The position numbers and the translations under genes were made by a program. Shown piece after piece: positions 1 through 9,932 of a stretch of 20,435 nt of DNA (position 1 is its first letter; every line of letters starts with the position of its first letter). Origin of the DNA: a candidate division WOR-3 bacterium (GTDB lineage Bacteria > Hydrothermota > Tepidihabitantia > Tepidihabitantales > JAOUPE01); contig JBDRUX010000039.1 of NCBI GenBank assembly GCA_039801565.1, forward strand, positions 1-20,435. Reading direction: 5' to 3'. A model generated the notes under the pieces. It searched no databases. It was not told the DNA's origin and was given only the letters and a program-made list of their open reading frames with translations.

Positions 1-205
1 TGCACAATTTTCAAATCCAGATTGACTATTCACAACAAAATGGTTTCTGGTTGCCAAGCAAATTTTTTCTAAAAATGGATGTTGTAGTAAAAATAATTGC
101 CACCTTATATAAAAGACATATTGCTATCCAAGAAGAATATTATAATTATCAATTCAATCAAAGAATTGATAATTTTTTAAATAAAAATTAAATAAAGGAA
201 AAATT

Positions 206-779
206 TTGCTGACGACAGTTCTATTAACTTTAATTTGTTATATCATTGGCTCGCTAATGTTCTCTTACTGGTTAGGTAGAATAAAAGGCGTTGATATTCG
301 TATGTACGGCGATGGCAACCCAGGGGCAATTAATGCCTTTAAGGCTGGTGGTTGGTTAATCGGAACCTTAGGGCTTTCCCTCGATTGCCTTAAAGGCTTT
401 TTACCAGTTTTATTTGTGACTCGAGCCTTAAGTAAGAATTAATGATTGGCGATTGGTTCCAATTGCGGTTGCCCCGGTTTTTGGTCATGCCTTTTCGCCA
501 TTTTTAAAGTTTCGAGGCGGAAAATCAATTGCCACTACCTTTGGGATTTGGTCTGGTTTGACCTTATGGGAGTGCCCTACTTTATTAGGTATAGTCTTCA
601 TCTTTCTTAAGTTTGTTGTAAGAATTAAACAGGATGCTTGGGTAGTTTTGATCGGAATGTCCGGTGTGCTGATTTATATCCTCTTTCGGCTGCCGCGTCT
701 TGAGTTATTTTTAATACTTGGTTTTAATACTCTAATATTGGTAATTAAACATTGGCATGATTTGTTGATAAGATTATGA
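206..779 (+). pseudogene. plsY: PlsY/DUF205-family acyltransferase split by a +1 frameshift near 432-440 (pseudogene or sequence error)
   Basis: ORF 206..442 has the N-terminal PlsY motifs (YIIGSL, DIRMYGDGNPGAINAF, LDCLKG). ORF 453..779 has the C-terminal motifs ([18 protein letters not shown]). The second frame is open from 432 ([13 protein letters not shown]), overlapping the end of the first. AAAGGAA precedes TTG 206. Confidence 0.85.
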
Positions 780-1930
780 AAATTTTCCCTTTTGTCATCA
801 TTGATTCATTAAGGATAATGATTTTTCTATTAGTCCAAGTTTCAGTTGCTATTACCAATTTCTTTTTAATAAAACGACTGGGTAAATTTCCTAAAGCAAA
901 AAGGTGTCCCAAGGTGTCAATTTTAGTTCCTGCCCGCAATGAAGAAAAGACAATTAAAAACTGTGTAAGTTCCCTACTCCAACAAGATTACAACGATTTT
1001 GAAGTGATTGTTCTTAACGACCATTCGATTGACCAAACTGGCGAAATTTTAAGAAATATTCGTTCCGAACGTTTACGGATTATTAATGGCAAACCATTAC
1101 CAATGAATTGGACAGGCAAATCCTGGGCTTGTCAACAACTTGCCCTTGAAGCCAATGGCGAGTTCATTCTTTTTACCGATGCTGATACGATTCATCATCC
1201 GCTAACAATTTCCTATGCAGTTGATGCGATAGAAACTGATAAAATTGACCTTTTGACTGCCATCACTCGTAATGAAGCCATTTCGTTTGGTGAGACAATT
1301 ACAATTCCGTTCCCAACCTTTTGTATTTTTACAATTTTGCCTTTAATCATAGCATATGCATTCCCCAAATCAACTGCCTTTTCAGCAGCTAACGGCAAGT
1401 TTATGTTCTTTCGGAAAGAAGTATACGAAAAGATCGGTGGTCACGCCACAATTCGTAACAATGCGGTAGAAGATATCGAACTCGGCAAATTGATTAAGAA
1501 AAATAACTACCGCTGGCGTCTATTTGACATTTCCCATCTGGTGTCTTGTCGGATGTATAATAATTTTTCGGAAGCGGTGGCTGGTTTTAGCAAGAACTAC
1601 TTTGCCCTTTTTGGTTATAGATTTCTAATTGCGCTTTTTGTTTGGTTCTGGTTAGCCCTAATTACCTGGCATCCTTTAATTACTATTGGTAGGCAAGTCA
1701 TAACGAATAATTTCAATAACTATTATGCAATCGTTTCAATCATTGCAACTATAAGTTTATGGTTACTCACTTCATTAAAATTTGGCTTCCCCTTTTATTT
1801 GTTTTTAATTTATCCGATAATCATTACAATTTCAATATTCATTGGTTTAAGGTCAATGGTGATGACCATTTTGGGTAGAACAGTTTGGAAAGGACGCCGA
1901 TTACCAAAAACAAAAATTCGCTTGATTTGA
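776..1930 (+). CDS. GT2-family membrane glycosyltransferase (CrtQ/CruC-like)
   Basis: [32 protein letters not shown] (DxD), AVEDIEL, CRMY motifs and C-terminal TM helices. ATGA overlap with the plsY-like stop. Confidence 0.88.
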   Translation: MKIFPFVIIDSLRIMIFLLVQVSVAITNFFLIKRLGKFPKAKRCPKVSILVPARNEEKTIKNCVSSLLQQDYNDFEVIVLNDHSIDQTGEILRNIRSERLRIINGKPLPMNWTGKSWACQQLALEANGEFILFTDADTIHHPLTISYAVDAIETDKIDLLTAITRNEAISFGETITIPFPTFCIFTILPLIIAYAFPKSTAFSAANGKFMFFRKEVYEKIGGHATIRNNAVEDIELGKLIKKNNYRWRLFDISHLVSCRMYNNFSEAVAGFSKNYFALFGYRFLIALFVWFWLALITWHPLITIGRQVITNNFNNYYAIVSIIATISLWLLTSLKFGFPFYLFLIYPIIITISIFIGLRSMVMTILGRTVWKGRRLPKTKIRLI

Positions 1931-2005
1931 TGGACAATTGAATCAAAATCAAGGTGCGGTGGCTTTTAGCGGGATAAGCCTAAAGCGGTTAAAAAACAAA
2001 GCGTC

Positions 2006-2033
2006 TTGACTTCACGCTAAAATTTTTTATAAT
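2006..2033 (+). promoter_or_regulatory. sigma70-type promoter of rpmA
   Basis: TTGACT-16 bp-TATAAT, then SD AAGGAG (2038-2043) and ATG 2050. Confidence 0.75.
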
Positions 2034-2049
2034 CACTAAGGAGCAAAAT

Positions 2050-2307
2050 ATGGCACATAAGAAAGGACAAGCATCTTCACGTAACGGACGGGATAGTGCA
2101 GGTCAAAGGCTGGGCGTGAAATGTTATGCCCAAGAACTGGTAAAGGCAGGCAGTATTATTGTCCGACAAAGGGGAACAAGATTTTTGCCCGGCTTTAATG
2201 TCGGTCGTGCTAAAGATGATAGCCTCTTTGCACTAACCGATGGCATCGTCCGGTTCGAACGGGTGAGTCGGACCAAAAAGCGCATCTCGGTTTATCCGGT
2301 CGCTTAA
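2050..2307 (+). CDS. rpmA: 50S ribosomal protein L27
   Basis: [24 protein letters not shown]...[10 protein letters not shown]...DDSLFAL.DG.V.F. Confidence 0.99.
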   Translation: MAHKKGQASSRNGRDSAGQRLGVKCYAQELVKAGSIIVRQRGTRFLPGFNVGRAKDDSLFALTDGIVRFERVSRTKKRISVYPVA

Positions 2308-2324
2308 GAAAAAAGTCTTTAGAC

Positions 2325-3050
2325 CTATTTTCCCGATTCGATTTTAACCAAGAGACTTTCTGCTATAGGTCGGTCATTGAGAAAATAATCGGCGGGATAA
2401 ACTGGCTTTTTGGTGAAAAGCACTCGATTTAAGAGTTTTTTTGCGGTTTGCAATTCATTTTTACTAATATAATATTTTGCCAAGTCAATGTAGGGGAGGG
2501 TATAGTTAGAATCAATTGCAATCGCCTTTTCGAAATAGTCGAGTGCTTGTTTTTTATTTCCACCAACTAATTCGGGTGTTTCGTAATAAATCATACCTAA
2601 GGCATAAAGCGCATCGAAATTTTTGGGGTCAAGTTCTAATACTTTGCTAAATTCTGCCTTAAGCTTTGGAATTGCGGTAAGTGATTTCATCACTCCGCGA
2701 ATTCGGCAGATTTCACCATAATTGGCAGCATACCAAAAATGACCCCACGGGTTTTTATCATTTACTTTGATTAAAGTCTCGGCAAAGGCTAAACCCCTTG
2801 TCAAATACCGCAATTTTTCGGTTCGGTCTTTTGTTTGGCTGGCTAAATATTGATTCATTTCGGCAAGTCCCCGTAAGACTTCTTCGTTGTGCGGATACGA
2901 GTTTAGAACACCTTCCCAGATTTTCCGGCAATTGATAAAATTAGTATCAGCGAGATGGCGATGGTTATAAAGATAGCGGGCATAAGCTAAAAGCGAATCG
3001 GTTTTTTCTTGCCCGAGCAAAGATAGCCAAAGCCAGAATAAAAGAAACAT
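2325..3050 (-). CDS. Exported tetratricopeptide-repeat protein
   Basis: Hydrophobic N-terminal signal-like stretch and TPR-type helices (KVLELDPKNFDALYALGMIY, ALDYFEKAIAIDSNY). Confidence 0.8.
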   Translation of the reverse strand: MFLLFWLWLSLLGQEKTDSLLAYARYLYNHRHLADTNFINCRKIWEGVLNSYPHNEEVLRGLAEMNQYLASQTKDRTEKLRYLTRGLAFAETLIKVNDKNPWGHFWYAANYGEICRIRGVMKSLTAIPKLKAEFSKVLELDPKNFDALYALGMIYYETPELVGGNKKQALDYFEKAIAIDSNYTLPYIDLAKYYISKNELQTAKKLLNRVLFTKKPVYPADYFLNDRPIAESLLVKIESGK

Positions 3051-3058
3051 TCGTCAAT

Positions 3059-3298
3059 TTATTCAACGGCGATGACCTTATTCACTTCCGGAACTTCGGC
3101 TTTTAAAGTTCGTTCGACACCAATTGCCATAGTCATTGCTGCAAATGGACAACCTTGGCAGCTCCCTTTCAATCTTAGTTTGACAACACCGTCCTCGGTG
3201 ATTTCGACCAATTCCGCATCACCGCCATCGGCTTGTAAACCGGGTCTTATCTTTTCAGTAATGACCTTAGCAATTTTTTCTTTTAATTGCTCGTCCAT
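3059..3298 (-). CDS. NifU C-terminal/Nfu-type Fe-S cluster carrier
   Basis: IRPGLQADGGDAELV...VKLRLKGSCQGCP (CxxC). Strong SD AAGGAGG upstream on the minus strand. Confidence 0.93.
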   Translation of the reverse strand: MDEQLKEKIAKVITEKIRPGLQADGGDAELVEITEDGVVKLRLKGSCQGCPFAAMTMAIGVERTLKAEVPEVNKVIAVE

Positions 3299-3325
3299 TA
3301 TTGCCTCCTTCAGTTTAGTCTCTTA

Positions 3326-4303
3326 TTAATGGACCAACCAAATTTCGACCGAGTTTGGTTCTAATGGTTTCACTTGTAATCGCTTTCGACCGCATCGTAT
3401 TTCAACCTTGGGTTCGTTATGACCGTCGCTGTAGCGGGCACAGATTCCCGCGGCAATCTCGATATCCTGCTCACTCTGATAATTTTTTAAGATAACCAGC
3501 GGTCCTTTAACTTTAGTTGGGGTGAAGACCAAATCCTTTTTCATCTTCAATTTCGCCAAAACCTTATTCTCCTGTTCATTACGGCCGACTATCACTTTTG
3601 CCGCACTGGGCAGTCGAAAATGCCTGCCATACTTTAGCAATTCCAGTTCGGCTAAGCCATCTTCATTATTGGAAAAGGCATCCTTGAGCCGTTCGGTAAA
3701 ATAACGGTCGGTTAAAAGACAGCCACCAGCCGGATTGGGATAGTGTTTCAAACCGAATTTCTCTGCCAGTTCAATCTGATTTTTGCGGGAACGCCCTTTT
3801 ATTGCGAGAAGTTGCATACGGTCAACTTTCCCTTCCTTCTCTAAGGGCGTCGGTTCCAATAGTTTAGCGGAGAGAGGACGTAATAACTTACCAACCAGAC
3901 CGCTCTCTTGCTCAATGACCCTTAAAGAGTTAATTGTCTGAGACATTGGCCTCTCACCTAAGACTTCACCGGAGAAAACAAAATCCGCCTTTAATTGTTC
4001 CATCAGTTCTTTTGCCTTTTTAAACATAAAGATTTTGCAGTCAATGCAGGGGTTCATATTTTTGCCGTAGCCGAACCTTGGTCGTTTCACCATCGCCACA
4101 TAATCCTCACCAAGGGTTATTACCTTAAGTTTTATCCCGAGTTCCTGAGCAATTTTTTTAATCGAACTTGGTTCTTCGCCTTTAGCAAAGAATGGAGTGA
4201 CGAAATGAATTGCCAGGACATTAAACCCAAGTTTCTGAATCAATTTCACTGCCAGGATACTATCTAAGCCACCGGAAAAAAGTCCAATTGCCAGTTGCTT
4301 CAT
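3326..4303 (-). CDS. PP-loop tRNA sulfurtransferase-like protein (THUMP-less ThiI/MnmA-related, DUF814-like C-terminus), copy 1
   Basis: SGGLDS PP-loop, NPCIDC, GEVLGERPMSQ, PAGGC and GRHFRL motifs. Confidence 0.82.
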   Translation of the reverse strand: MKQLAIGLFSGGLDSILAVKLIQKLGFNVLAIHFVTPFFAKGEEPSSIKKIAQELGIKLKVITLGEDYVAMVKRPRFGYGKNMNPCIDCKIFMFKKAKELMEQLKADFVFSGEVLGERPMSQTINSLRVIEQESGLVGKLLRPLSAKLLEPTPLEKEGKVDRMQLLAIKGRSRKNQIELAEKFGLKHYPNPAGGCLLTDRYFTERLKDAFSNNEDGLAELELLKYGRHFRLPSAAKVIVGRNEQENKVLAKLKMKKDLVFTPTKVKGPLVILKNYQSEQDIEIAAGICARYSDGHNEPKVEIRCGRKRLQVKPLEPNSVEIWLVH

Positions 4304-4310
4304 TTTCTTA

Positions 4311-4338
4311 ATTTTATCCCGATAACGGCTACTGTCAA
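4311..4338 (-). promoter_or_regulatory. sigma70-type promoter, probably leaderless, for the thiolase-nfu-TPR operon
   Basis: Minus strand reads TTGACA-16 bp-TAAAAT-7 nt-ATG, with no SD. Confidence 0.7.
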
Positions 4339-4376
4339 TTAAGAACTTAAAACATTCTTTGGTTATTAAAAAACAC

Positions 4377-4404
4377 TTGAAACTTTTAAAATCTTAGTTA
4401 GAAT
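4377..4404 (+). promoter_or_regulatory. sigma70-type promoter for the antiporter-like pair (divergent from 4311..4338)
   Basis: TTGAAA-16 bp-TAGAAT. Confidence 0.55.
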
Positions 4405-4513
4405 TGGCTCATAAAATGACGATAAACGACCGATGTATATTGTTAGCGGACACCACCACGCCAAAGATTAAACTTGTTGACTTATTTTATCACTTGGAAG
4501 GGAGAGGAGTGAT

Positions 4514-6025
4514 ATGAATCTTATTCCCCTTTTTGTCATTGTACCTTTAGCCGGGGCGTTTGTTACCTATCTTGTCGGCTCAATCTTTAAAAAAATTGCC
4601 GATCTTTTTTGTGATGTTTTAGCTAATTTAATCACTGCTTTTCTTTTTGCCTTCGCAATTGTATCATTATTCAAAGTCGCAGCGGAAAAGAATATCATCC
4701 ATTTTGTCGGCGGTTGGCGACCCCCCATTGGAATTACAATCTTTCTTGACGGCGCCGGTATTTTCTTACTCATTGTTGTTACTGGCATTGGTTTTCTCTC
4801 TTCGCTTTTTGCCATTGATTATATGAAACGTTATAGCGCCAAATATAAATTTTATGCGCTACTTTTACTAATGACTGCGGGAATGGCTGGAATTTGTATT
4901 ACTGGCGACTTGTTTAATATGTTTGTCTTCATTGAAATCTCAGCAATCGCCTCTTATGCCTTGGTGGCTTTTGGCACCGAGCATGAGGAATTAGAAGCCG
5001 CCTTCAAATATATGGTGATGGGTGAGATCGGTTCGTTAATGATTCTTTTGAGTATCGCAATAATCTATGCTCGGACTGGAACTTTGAATATGGCGGATAT
5101 TTCTCAGACGGTTGCTGCTAATCCAGAACGAGCTGCGATCGTCTTTCCTTCAATCCTTTTCATTATTGGTTTTGCCATCAAGGCAGCCTTGGTACCATTT
5201 CACAGCTGGTTACCCGATGCCCACCCCTCAGCACCGGCACCAATCTCAGCAATGCTTTCCGGTGTCGTAATCAAGGTATTGGGTGTTTATGGATTAATCC
5301 GAGTTTTTTACAATATCATTGGCGTTACACCGATTATCTCCAATATCCTTTTGGTCTTAGCTGGTCTTTCAATGATTATTGGCGTCTTATTGCAATTGGG
5401 TCAAAATGACATCAAACGCCTTTTGGCTTATTGCAGTATCAGTCAGATCGGCTATGTATTATTAGGTTTCGGTTTAGGCACACCATTAGGAATCTTGGGT
5501 GGATTCTTCCATTTAATTAACCATGCGGTTTTCAAAGCTGGTCTCTTTTTGACTTCGGGAGCGATTGAGTATGCTACTGGCACAAGGGATATTAACAAAT
5601 TAGGCGGGCTAAACAAAAAAATGCCCTGGACCTCGGTTTTCTGGTATATTGGTTCTTTTACTGCCTCGGGTGTGCCGCCGTTTGCCGGTTTCTGGTCGAA
5701 ACTTATCTTAATCATTGCGGCGATTCTGGCTAAGAGTTATATCTTAGCGGCGATTGCCGCGGCAAGCGCTATCTTAGCCTTGGCTTCGTTTATCCGAACC
5801 CAACGCCGAATGTTGGCTGGTGAATTACCCGAAGCCTTAACCGGAATCAAAGAAATACCGCTCTCAATGAAAACATCGTTAGCCGTTCTCACTTTACTCT
5901 GCATTGTCTTGGGACTTTTGCTTCTACCGCCGGTTCGGGCAAATATCCTCGATTTAGCAAAGGACGCAGTAATGGTTGGTACCGAGTATGGCAGAATCGT
6001 TTTTGAGAAAGCGGGGTTATTATGA
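4514..6025 (+). CDS. mrpD: MrpD/MbhH/MbxH-like proton-translocating antiporter-like membrane subunit
   Basis: Many TM helices with canonical residues: FIEISAIASYAL (TM5 Glu), IKAALVPFHSWLPDAH (TM7 Lys), SGVVIK (TM8 Lys), FHLINHAVFK, GFWSK (TM12 Lys). SD GGAGAGGAG. Confidence 0.88.
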   Translation: MNLIPLFVIVPLAGAFVTYLVGSIFKKIADLFCDVLANLITAFLFAFAIVSLFKVAAEKNIIHFVGGWRPPIGITIFLDGAGIFLLIVVTGIGFLSSLFAIDYMKRYSAKYKFYALLLLMTAGMAGICITGDLFNMFVFIEISAIASYALVAFGTEHEELEAAFKYMVMGEIGSLMILLSIAIIYARTGTLNMADISQTVAANPERAAIVFPSILFIIGFAIKAALVPFHSWLPDAHPSAPAPISAMLSGVVIKVLGVYGLIRVFYNIIGVTPIISNILLVLAGLSMIIGVLLQLGQNDIKRLLAYCSISQIGYVLLGFGLGTPLGILGGFFHLINHAVFKAGLFLTSGAIEYATGTRDINKLGGLNKKMPWTSVFWYIGSFTASGVPPFAGFWSKLILIIAAILAKSYILAAIAAASAILALASFIRTQRRMLAGELPEALTGIKEIPLSMKTSLAVLTLLCIVLGLLLLPPVRANILDLAKDAVMVGTEYGRIVFEKAGLL

Positions 6026-7917
6026 TACTTTTATTACCGATTATTTTGCCTTTTTTGATTGGTTTGTTAATTCTCTTCTATCCAGGTAAAGAACTGAAAT
6101 CAGTCAAAAACCCGATTTTTCTAATTGCCCTATTGACAATGCTAATTACCTTTATTGTTAGCATAATGATTTTTAGTCAAGGAAGGGTTAATTATGTAAT
6201 TCAGGTTGTTCCGACGACGGATTGGTCAGGTCCTGGTATCAGTTTTGATTTAATAGGCTATTCCTTCTCAAATTTCATTCTTTTCGCTTTGCTTTTCTTT
6301 GGGCTTCTCATTACAATCTATTCTTATAACCAAAAGCAGAAGAATTATTTCGCCTATCTCTTGATGACAATCGGAGCTTCGTCTTTAGCGATATTGTCCA
6401 ATAACTTGGTTGTACTACTTTTAGCTTGGGGCGGTGTTGCGATTCTCCTTTATCTTTTGGTCGGATTGGGTCGCAAAGGGGCAGAAACGGCTGCTAATAA
6501 GGCATTGGTGATGGTTGGTGGCTCAGATGTTTTGATGCTTTTGGGCGCAGCTTTTATCTATTTTCAAACCGGCACCTTAACAATGAGTGAAATTGCAATT
6601 CCGCTTCAAGGTGCCTTGCCGATTATTGCATTCATTCTCTTATTAATTGGCATCTTAACCAAAGCCGGTGCGATGCCGTTCCATTCTTGGATTCCAGATG
6701 TCGCCGAATATGCCCCGGTCCCGGTCTTGGCATTTTTGCCTGGTGCCTTAGATAAACTTTTAGGTATTTATCTTTTAGCCCGGCTCACCTTGGATTTATT
6801 CAAACTTACTCCGGGTTCAGCAATGTCAATCGTGTTGATGGTGATTGGGTCAATTACCATCGTTGCTGCGGTTGCGATGGCGCTATTTCAAAGAAACCTG
6901 TTAAAATTCCTTGGCTTCAGTACTGTCTCTCAAGTCGGTTATATGGTCTTGGGTTTTGGCACTGGTTTGACTCTTGGTATTCTTGGCGGACTATTCCATA
7001 TGGTTAATAATGCCATTTATAAATCTTGCCTATTTTTAGGTAGCGGTGCTGTTGAGGAAAGGACAGGCGAACTGAATTTAGAAAAATTGGGCGGTCTTTC
7101 CCGCCTTATGCCAATCACTTTTACTACTTTTTTAATCTCGAGTTTAGCAATTGCTGGTATCCCGCCCCTTTCTGGCTTTGCTTCTAAATGGCTCATTTAC
7201 CAAGGAATGGTCGAACTAGTTAAGATTAAACCATACACCTTGATTTTTCTATTAGCAGCAATGTTCGGCAGTATTTTAACCCTGGCATCGTATTTAATGG
7301 TTTTGCACTCAATCTTTTTTGGTGAAAGACCAGCTGAAATGGCAAAAGTTAAAGAAGTTGGTTTTGGGAAGGTACTGCCAATGGTATTATTAGCTCTGCT
7401 TAGTGTCGGATTTGGCGTATTTGCGCAATTGCCGATTCGGTACTGGCTTGGGCCAAGCTTGAACATTGACCCAAAGCTTGCTTTGACCAGCTTAAACTTG
7501 ATTGGCTTATGGAACCCCACCTTAGCAACGATTCTTATCCTGTTTGGGTTGCTTTTGGGCTTTATTATTTATATGTTACGGAGGGTTCGTGCTGTTAAAG
7601 TAAGTGAAGTCTTTATTGGCGGTGAAACAGTTGCTACCCCAACTCGACCCGGGGCAATTGATACCGAAGAGGCGAAATATCCGGGTACCCATTTCTATGA
7701 TACCATTAGAAAAGTGAAACTGTTCGATGATACTTATAAGATTGCGGATAAAAGGTTCTTCGATATATATGAACAATCTCGAGCAATTATTGGGCTTTTG
7801 GCGCGTGCCTTAAAAAGATTTCAGAGCGGACTTTTGCCAACCTACTTGGGTTATATCTTTTTAGGCGGGCTGGTCATTCTTTTAATCGTCTTCTTATTGA
7901 TATTCGTGTTTAAATAG
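6022..7917 (+). CDS. MbxH'/HyfB/NuoL-like antiporter-like membrane subunit, copy 1
   Basis: TKAGAMPFHSWIPD, LDKLLGIY, SQVGYM, LGGLSRLMP, GIPPLSGFASKWLIY and a long C-terminal extension. ATGA overlap with the upstream gene. Confidence 0.85.
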   Translation: MILLLPIILPFLIGLLILFYPGKELKSVKNPIFLIALLTMLITFIVSIMIFSQGRVNYVIQVVPTTDWSGPGISFDLIGYSFSNFILFALLFFGLLITIYSYNQKQKNYFAYLLMTIGASSLAILSNNLVVLLLAWGGVAILLYLLVGLGRKGAETAANKALVMVGGSDVLMLLGAAFIYFQTGTLTMSEIAIPLQGALPIIAFILLLIGILTKAGAMPFHSWIPDVAEYAPVPVLAFLPGALDKLLGIYLLARLTLDLFKLTPGSAMSIVLMVIGSITIVAAVAMALFQRNLLKFLGFSTVSQVGYMVLGFGTGLTLGILGGLFHMVNNAIYKSCLFLGSGAVEERTGELNLEKLGGLSRLMPITFTTFLISSLAIAGIPPLSGFASKWLIYQGMVELVKIKPYTLIFLLAAMFGSILTLASYLMVLHSIFFGERPAEMAKVKEVGFGKVLPMVLLALLSVGFGVFAQLPIRYWLGPSLNIDPKLALTSLNLIGLWNPTLATILILFGLLLGFIIYMLRRVRAVKVSEVFIGGETVATPTRPGAIDTEEAKYPGTHFYDTIRKVKLFDDTYKIADKRFFDIYEQSRAIIGLLARALKRFQSGLLPTYLGYIFLGGLVILLIVFLLIFVFK

Positions 7918-7984
7918 AATTTACTGAACTTAGTTTTAAGGAAACCCAGCCTTAATTCCTATTTGATTTCGTAATATGGACCCG

Positions 7985-8012
7985 TTGACACGATTTAGTT
8001 TTATGCTAATAT
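7985..8012 (+). promoter_or_regulatory. sigma70-type promoter, probably leaderless, for the HK-archaemetzincin-RR operon
   Basis: TTGACA-16 bp-TAATAT with an extended TG, 6 nt before ATG 8019, with no SD. Confidence 0.65.
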
Positions 8013-8018
8013 GAACTG

Positions 8019-9932
8019 ATGAAACTTGGTCTAACCGCTAAATTATCCCTTGGTTTTCTCTTTGTTATAATTTTAGTTGGAGTTTTGGCAATCCTGGCCG
8101 GGACCAATATGATTGCCAATGGTATTATTCAACAAGCCCAGAATAAAGTGAAAAGCGATTTGAATGCGGCGCGCGAGATTTATCAGGAGTATTTAGGTGA
8201 TATCAAAGATGTCATCCGCCTCCATGCGGAAAGAATTTTAGTTAGGGAAGCAATTAAAGCACGCGATAAAGCGCGCCTGATTTCGCTATTGGGTGAGGTA
8301 AGGTTTAAAGAACGATTAGACATTTTAACGATTACTGATAATAAAGGTCAGGTTATCTTAAGACTGCGTAATCCAAAAGTCAGTGGCGACCAACCCAATA
8401 ACGAACTACTGCGGCGAGTTTTGGAGCAAAAAGAAGTAATGACCTCAACTTTAATTTTGTCTAAGGAGGAGTTGATAAAAGAAGGAGAAGATTTGGCAAA
8501 CCAAGCCTATTTCAAAATCTTACCGACCCCGAAAGCAAAACCGACTACTAAAGAAGAGGAAACTTCGGGAATGGTTCTTTTAGCCGCGGTCCCGATATTT
8601 GATAACAACGGTAATTTTATCGGTGTTCTTTATGGCGGCAGACTTTTGAATCGTGATTATACAATCGTTGACAAGATAAAAAATGTTGTCTTTCAAAGTG
8701 AAACTTATAAGGGAAAAGATATTGGAACTGCCACTATCTTTCAAGGGGATTTACGAATTTCGACCAATGTCCGGCAACTCGATGGGACAAGAGCGGTTGG
8801 TACCCGGATCGCCGCTAATGTTTACGACCAAGTTTTAGTTAGAGGCAAATCTTATACGGACCGGGCTTTCGTTGTGAACAATTGGTATATTACCGCCTAT
8901 GAGCCAATTCGCGATCTTTTTGGTAATATCATTGGTGTTTTATATGTTGGAATTCTTGAAGATAAGTTTGCCGATTTGCGAAGGAATGCGGTAATGACCT
9001 TTTTGGCAATTGTGGTTGCTGGCATAGTCATTGCTTTTGTAATTTCCCATTTATTAGCTCGTAGTATCTTAAAACCATTGAAGGCAATTGTAGATGCCTC
9101 CAAACGAATTGCTGGCGGTAATTTCAATTATCAGGTGAAGATAAAAACCCGGGACGAATTGAGTGAGTTGGGTGAAAGTTTTAACTTTATGGTGGCGTCA
9201 TTAAAAGAACGTGACGAACGCTTAAAAGAAGTGACCCGGCAGCAACTGATGCGGTCGGAACGATTAGCCACCCTTGGTCAATTAGCCGCTGGAGTTGCCC
9301 ATGAGATAAATAATCCAATTGCTGGTATCTTGACTTATATTCGACTTATTCGCAAAAAGCTGGAAAAATCAGCCAGCATCGGCGATGGTGATTTTAAGCG
9401 CTACTTAGCAATAATGGAGCGGGAAACCGACCGGTGTGGCACGATTGTCCGCAATCTATTAGATTTTGCCCGGCAATCCGAACCTAACCTCAAATCCGTG
9501 GATGTGAATATGATTATCAACGAGTCATTAGAACTATTGGACCATAAATTACGATTACAAAACATTGAAGTTGAAAAACGTTATGCAAAAATTCCACTAA
9601 TTATTGGTGATTTTGCCCAACTCCAGCAATCATTTATGAATATAATCCTCAATGCTGCCGAAGCAATGGAAAACGGTGGTAAACTAACCATAACCACCCG
9701 AACGGCTGATACGATGGTTGAGATTGAATTTGCTGATACCGGTAAGGGAATCCCTCAAGAGAACTTAACCAAAATCTTCGAACCATTTTTTACGACCAAA
9801 CCAAAAGGCACTGGTTTGGGTTTATCCGTGGTATTCGGTATTATCAATCGGCATCAAGGCGAGATTGATGTGAAAAGTGAAGTTGGTAAAGGTACGACTT
9901 TTATCATTCGGTTACCTAAGAACATTAAATGA
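8019..9932 (+). CDS. Membrane sensor histidine kinase (Cache-type sensor, HAMP, HisKA, HATPase; NtrB-like)
   Basis: Two TM helices flank a Cache-like region (ATIFQGDLRISTNV...RAVGT, WYITAYEPIRD). HAMP (DELSELGESFNFM), H-box GVAHEINNP, N-box NIILNA, DTGKGI, FEPFFTTK, GTGLGL. Confidence 0.95.
   Translation: MKLGLTAKLSLGFLFVIILVGVLAILAGTNMIANGIIQQAQNKVKSDLNAAREIYQEYLGDIKDVIRLHAERILVREAIKARDKARLISLLGEVRFKERLDILTITDNKGQVILRLRNPKVSGDQPNNELLRRVLEQKEVMTSTLILSKEELIKEGEDLANQAYFKILPTPKAKPTTKEEETSGMVLLAAVPIFDNNGNFIGVLYGGRLLNRDYTIVDKIKNVVFQSETYKGKDIGTATIFQGDLRISTNVRQLDGTRAVGTRIAANVYDQVLVRGKSYTDRAFVVNNWYITAYEPIRDLFGNIIGVLYVGILEDKFADLRRNAVMTFLAIVVAGIVIAFVISHLLARSILKPLKAIVDASKRIAGGNFNYQVKIKTRDELSELGESFNFMVASLKERDERLKEVTRQQLMRSERLATLGQLAAGVAHEINNPIAGILTYIRLIRKKLEKSASIGDGDFKRYLAIMERETDRCGTIVRNLLDFARQSEPNLKSVDVNMIINESLELLDHKLRLQNIEVEKRYAKIPLIIGDFAQLQQSFMNIILNAAEAMENGGKLTITTRTADTMVEIEFADTGKGIPQENLTKIFEPFFTTKPKGTGLGLSVVFGIINRHQGEIDVKSEVGKGTTFIIRLPKNIK

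Noticed and set aside
121..146. Promoter TTGCTA..TATAAT upstream of the plsY-like gene
   Set aside because: The spacer is only 14 bp; the -10 may be real but the pair is unsupported.
4470..4500. Rex operator in the mrpD-like leader
   Set aside because: Poor dyad symmetry and wrong spacing compared with TTGTGAA-N4-TTCACAA.
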